This document shows positions 62,111 through 64,000 of a DNA stretch of 64,000 nucleotides, one piece after another. Each line of letters opens with the position of its first letter. The stretch's first letter is position 1. Position numbers and translations under genes: made by a program. Source of the DNA: Amoebidium appalachense (lineage: Eukaryota > Protista > Ichthyosporea); contig CAVNZM010000010.1 in assembly GCA_963693365.1 (NCBI GenBank), positions 3,656,159 to 3,720,158 of the forward strand, in the 5' to 3' direction. The notes below the pieces were generated by a model, which searched no databases, was not told the origin of the DNA, and saw nothing but the letters and a program-made list of their open reading frames with translations.

Positions 62111-62850
62111 CAAAAAAAAAAAAGAAGAAGAAGAAAAGAAAAAAAAAAGAAAAAAAAGGAAAAAACCACCCCTCTCCCCCCAAAAAAATAACGAAAAGAG
62201 AGAAAACAGGAAAGATAGATACTTTACACCTACCATCAGTGGGTGGATTCTCTCGTCAAATATGTCCAGAAATATGCCCTCCCCGGATTCGTGGCCAGCC
62301 ACTATGCCGCTGTGCAACGCCCGAGAAACACTACACAGCATCCACAACGTCAGCTTGCATATCTCCTTCCCCTCCCCCCTCCCCCCCCCCCCCCCCCCCC
62401 TCTCTCCCCCCCCCCCCCCTCTCTCCCCAACACATCACACATGAACACACACATACACTCCTTCCCCCCCCCCCCCCCCCCCATACCCACACTCACACAA
62501 AGACACACACACACACACACACACAAACACACAAACACACGCACACACACACACCTCCCCCCTCCCCCTCCCCCCGCCTGAGGACCATTGCTGTGGTCTA
62601 TTGAGCTATAACCTAATTTATCGCCCTTCCTTCCCTGTCCCTCCCACTCCGTCAAAATCGTTTTCATTAGATGCCCATCGCCTCTGTCCAACGACTTTTT
62701 CCCATCATCCCTCACACAAACATAGCACCCTATATCTGCGCTTGCAGGCCATATCGTGCACATTCCCAGCTGCACACAAACACTCCGCCATGAAGCTTGC
62801 TCCGGTTTTGACGGTCGTGTGGTATTTGCGTTGCGCAGGTGAAAAGCGTA

Positions 62851-62927
<77 letters not shown>

Positions 62928-63819
62928 ACGCCCGTGTGTAATGGTGGGAGTTGATTGAGACGGCAGTCAGCAGGGGAAAGAGATGGGGAGGGAAGGGGTG
63001 GGATGTAGGAAGGAGGGAAGACGGGACGGAGATAGGGAATTTTTCTGGTCAACACACATGCATCGACACCTACCATGCTAATATATCATCCATCTCCGGC
63101 TTGGTCAGCGTCGTGTCGACATACAATGAAGAACACGAATTTGACCTCCTGACCTTCTTCCCGTTCTTATCCACACCGCTCGAGACGGAAAACTCCCCTT
63201 CCTCCTTCTCATCAAGCGAGTTTCCCCACCCGTTAAACCTCCCCGCGCTTCTCACAATCCCGGCTACACCAGCGTGCAACTGAGTTGTGCTTGGTTCTCT
63301 TTGCACAGCGGCGGAAAGGAAAATCATCTGTTCCCGTGGGTTGTCTGTGGGTGCCTGTGTGCCCGTTCTGTCACTGATGTGAGAGATCGTGTTTCGTCTC
63401 CGTTTCTGTTCTGGAAAGTCGGCGGACGCTGCTGTTGTGGTGGATGAATGGATCGATTTCTGTGAGGATGTCGTGTCTGTTTGTTTCCCTCCAAAGTTTA
63501 CGCTCTCTGTGCGCACACGACACAGCTCCGGGCTGTTGAACGCCGACGTGTTTTCGCTCGTTTTTCGTGAGAGGGAGTGCGTGCGCGACTTAGAAGAGGC
63601 TTTGCGCCCTGCCTGCAGGTTGCTTGTCGTTCTTATTGCAGAGAAATTGGATATGGGAGACACCATTTTCTCCTGTGTTTTAGGTTCGTCACTCAACGAG
63701 GAATGGTCTGATTGTGTCGAAAAACCTTGGGGGCCGTCACTGTCAATAGAACCCTCTATGATGCTTCTCCGCCCCGCCCCTCCCTCACCCCCTGTCAGTG
63801 TGGATAGACAAATTCCCAT
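55782..63819 (-). CDS. CCNY: Cyclin Y-like protein
   Basis: Exons 63819-63074, 62330-62234, 60612(or 60618)-60529, 58595-58399, 57067-56905, 55895-55782 (TGA). Cyclin Y hallmarks: [65 protein letters not shown], and a C-terminal AVIS. The N-terminus is MGICLS. Confidence 0.93.
59517..59773. repeat. 35-bp minisatellite, about 7 copies
   Basis: Unit CACCATATACATTGCACCACATACATTTACATATA repeated head-to-tail with few substitutions. Confidence 0.9.
60067..60402 (-). repeat. Structured-RNA repeat, copy A (336 bp)
   Basis: Differs from copy B at 2 positions by eye. Contains the K-turn/pseudoknot core at 60208-60305. Confidence 0.9.
60887..61222 (-). repeat. Structured-RNA repeat, copy B (336 bp)
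   Basis: Direct repeat of 60067-60402 offset by 820 bp, with the core at 61028-61125. Confidence 0.9.
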
Positions 63820-64000
63820 GGTAAGAAACTGAATGGCTGGGTATGCCTCTTTTCCGTGTAGTGGGTGCTTGTTTCGGCTGAAAAGAATGTGTTCTTTTGC
63901 TGTCTTTTGTGTTTCCGGTACATACGTAGTTTCTGTGATTTGTGGCTACTATTAGCTGTGTAGTTTTCATAAAGAGCAGTGAGAATACTAATGAAAATGC

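Overview
Intron-rich eukaryotic genomic DNA with canonical GT-AG introns. The introns are filled with poly(C)/poly(G), (CA)n and (CT)n tracts, which generate almost all of the listed six-frame ORFs. An animal-like cyclin Y suggests a holozoan/opisthokont, but this is inference only. Five spliced host genes can be reconstructed by hand: (1) the 3' part of a multi-pass membrane protein with a C-terminal SAM-like domain (+, 756-6362); (2) a single-pass membrane protein (+, about 8952-14701); (3) a mitochondrial-type class C J-domain protein (+, 17716-22601); (4) a full-length ABCB/P-glycoprotein transporter (-, about 48499-26124); (5) a cyclin Y-like gene (-, 63819-55782). Mobile DNA includes a decayed GC-rich tyrosine-recombinase element (gag-like ORF followed directly by YR, no RT visible), two TTAA-flanked MITEs, and two 5'-truncated A-tailed retroelement ends with target-site duplications. 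The most interesting signal is a dispersed intronic repeat (12.8 kb on +; 60.2 and 61.0 kb on -). Its copies show compensatory base changes supporting a kink-turn plus pseudoknot RNA fold, and they contain all three hammerhead core strands (CUGAnGA, GAAA, GUH) in an order that fits none of types I, II or III. Also notable are apparent gene conversion between the two ABC domains, and degenerate copies of exon ends inside neighbouring introns. All alignments and folds were done by eye; no database searches were run.
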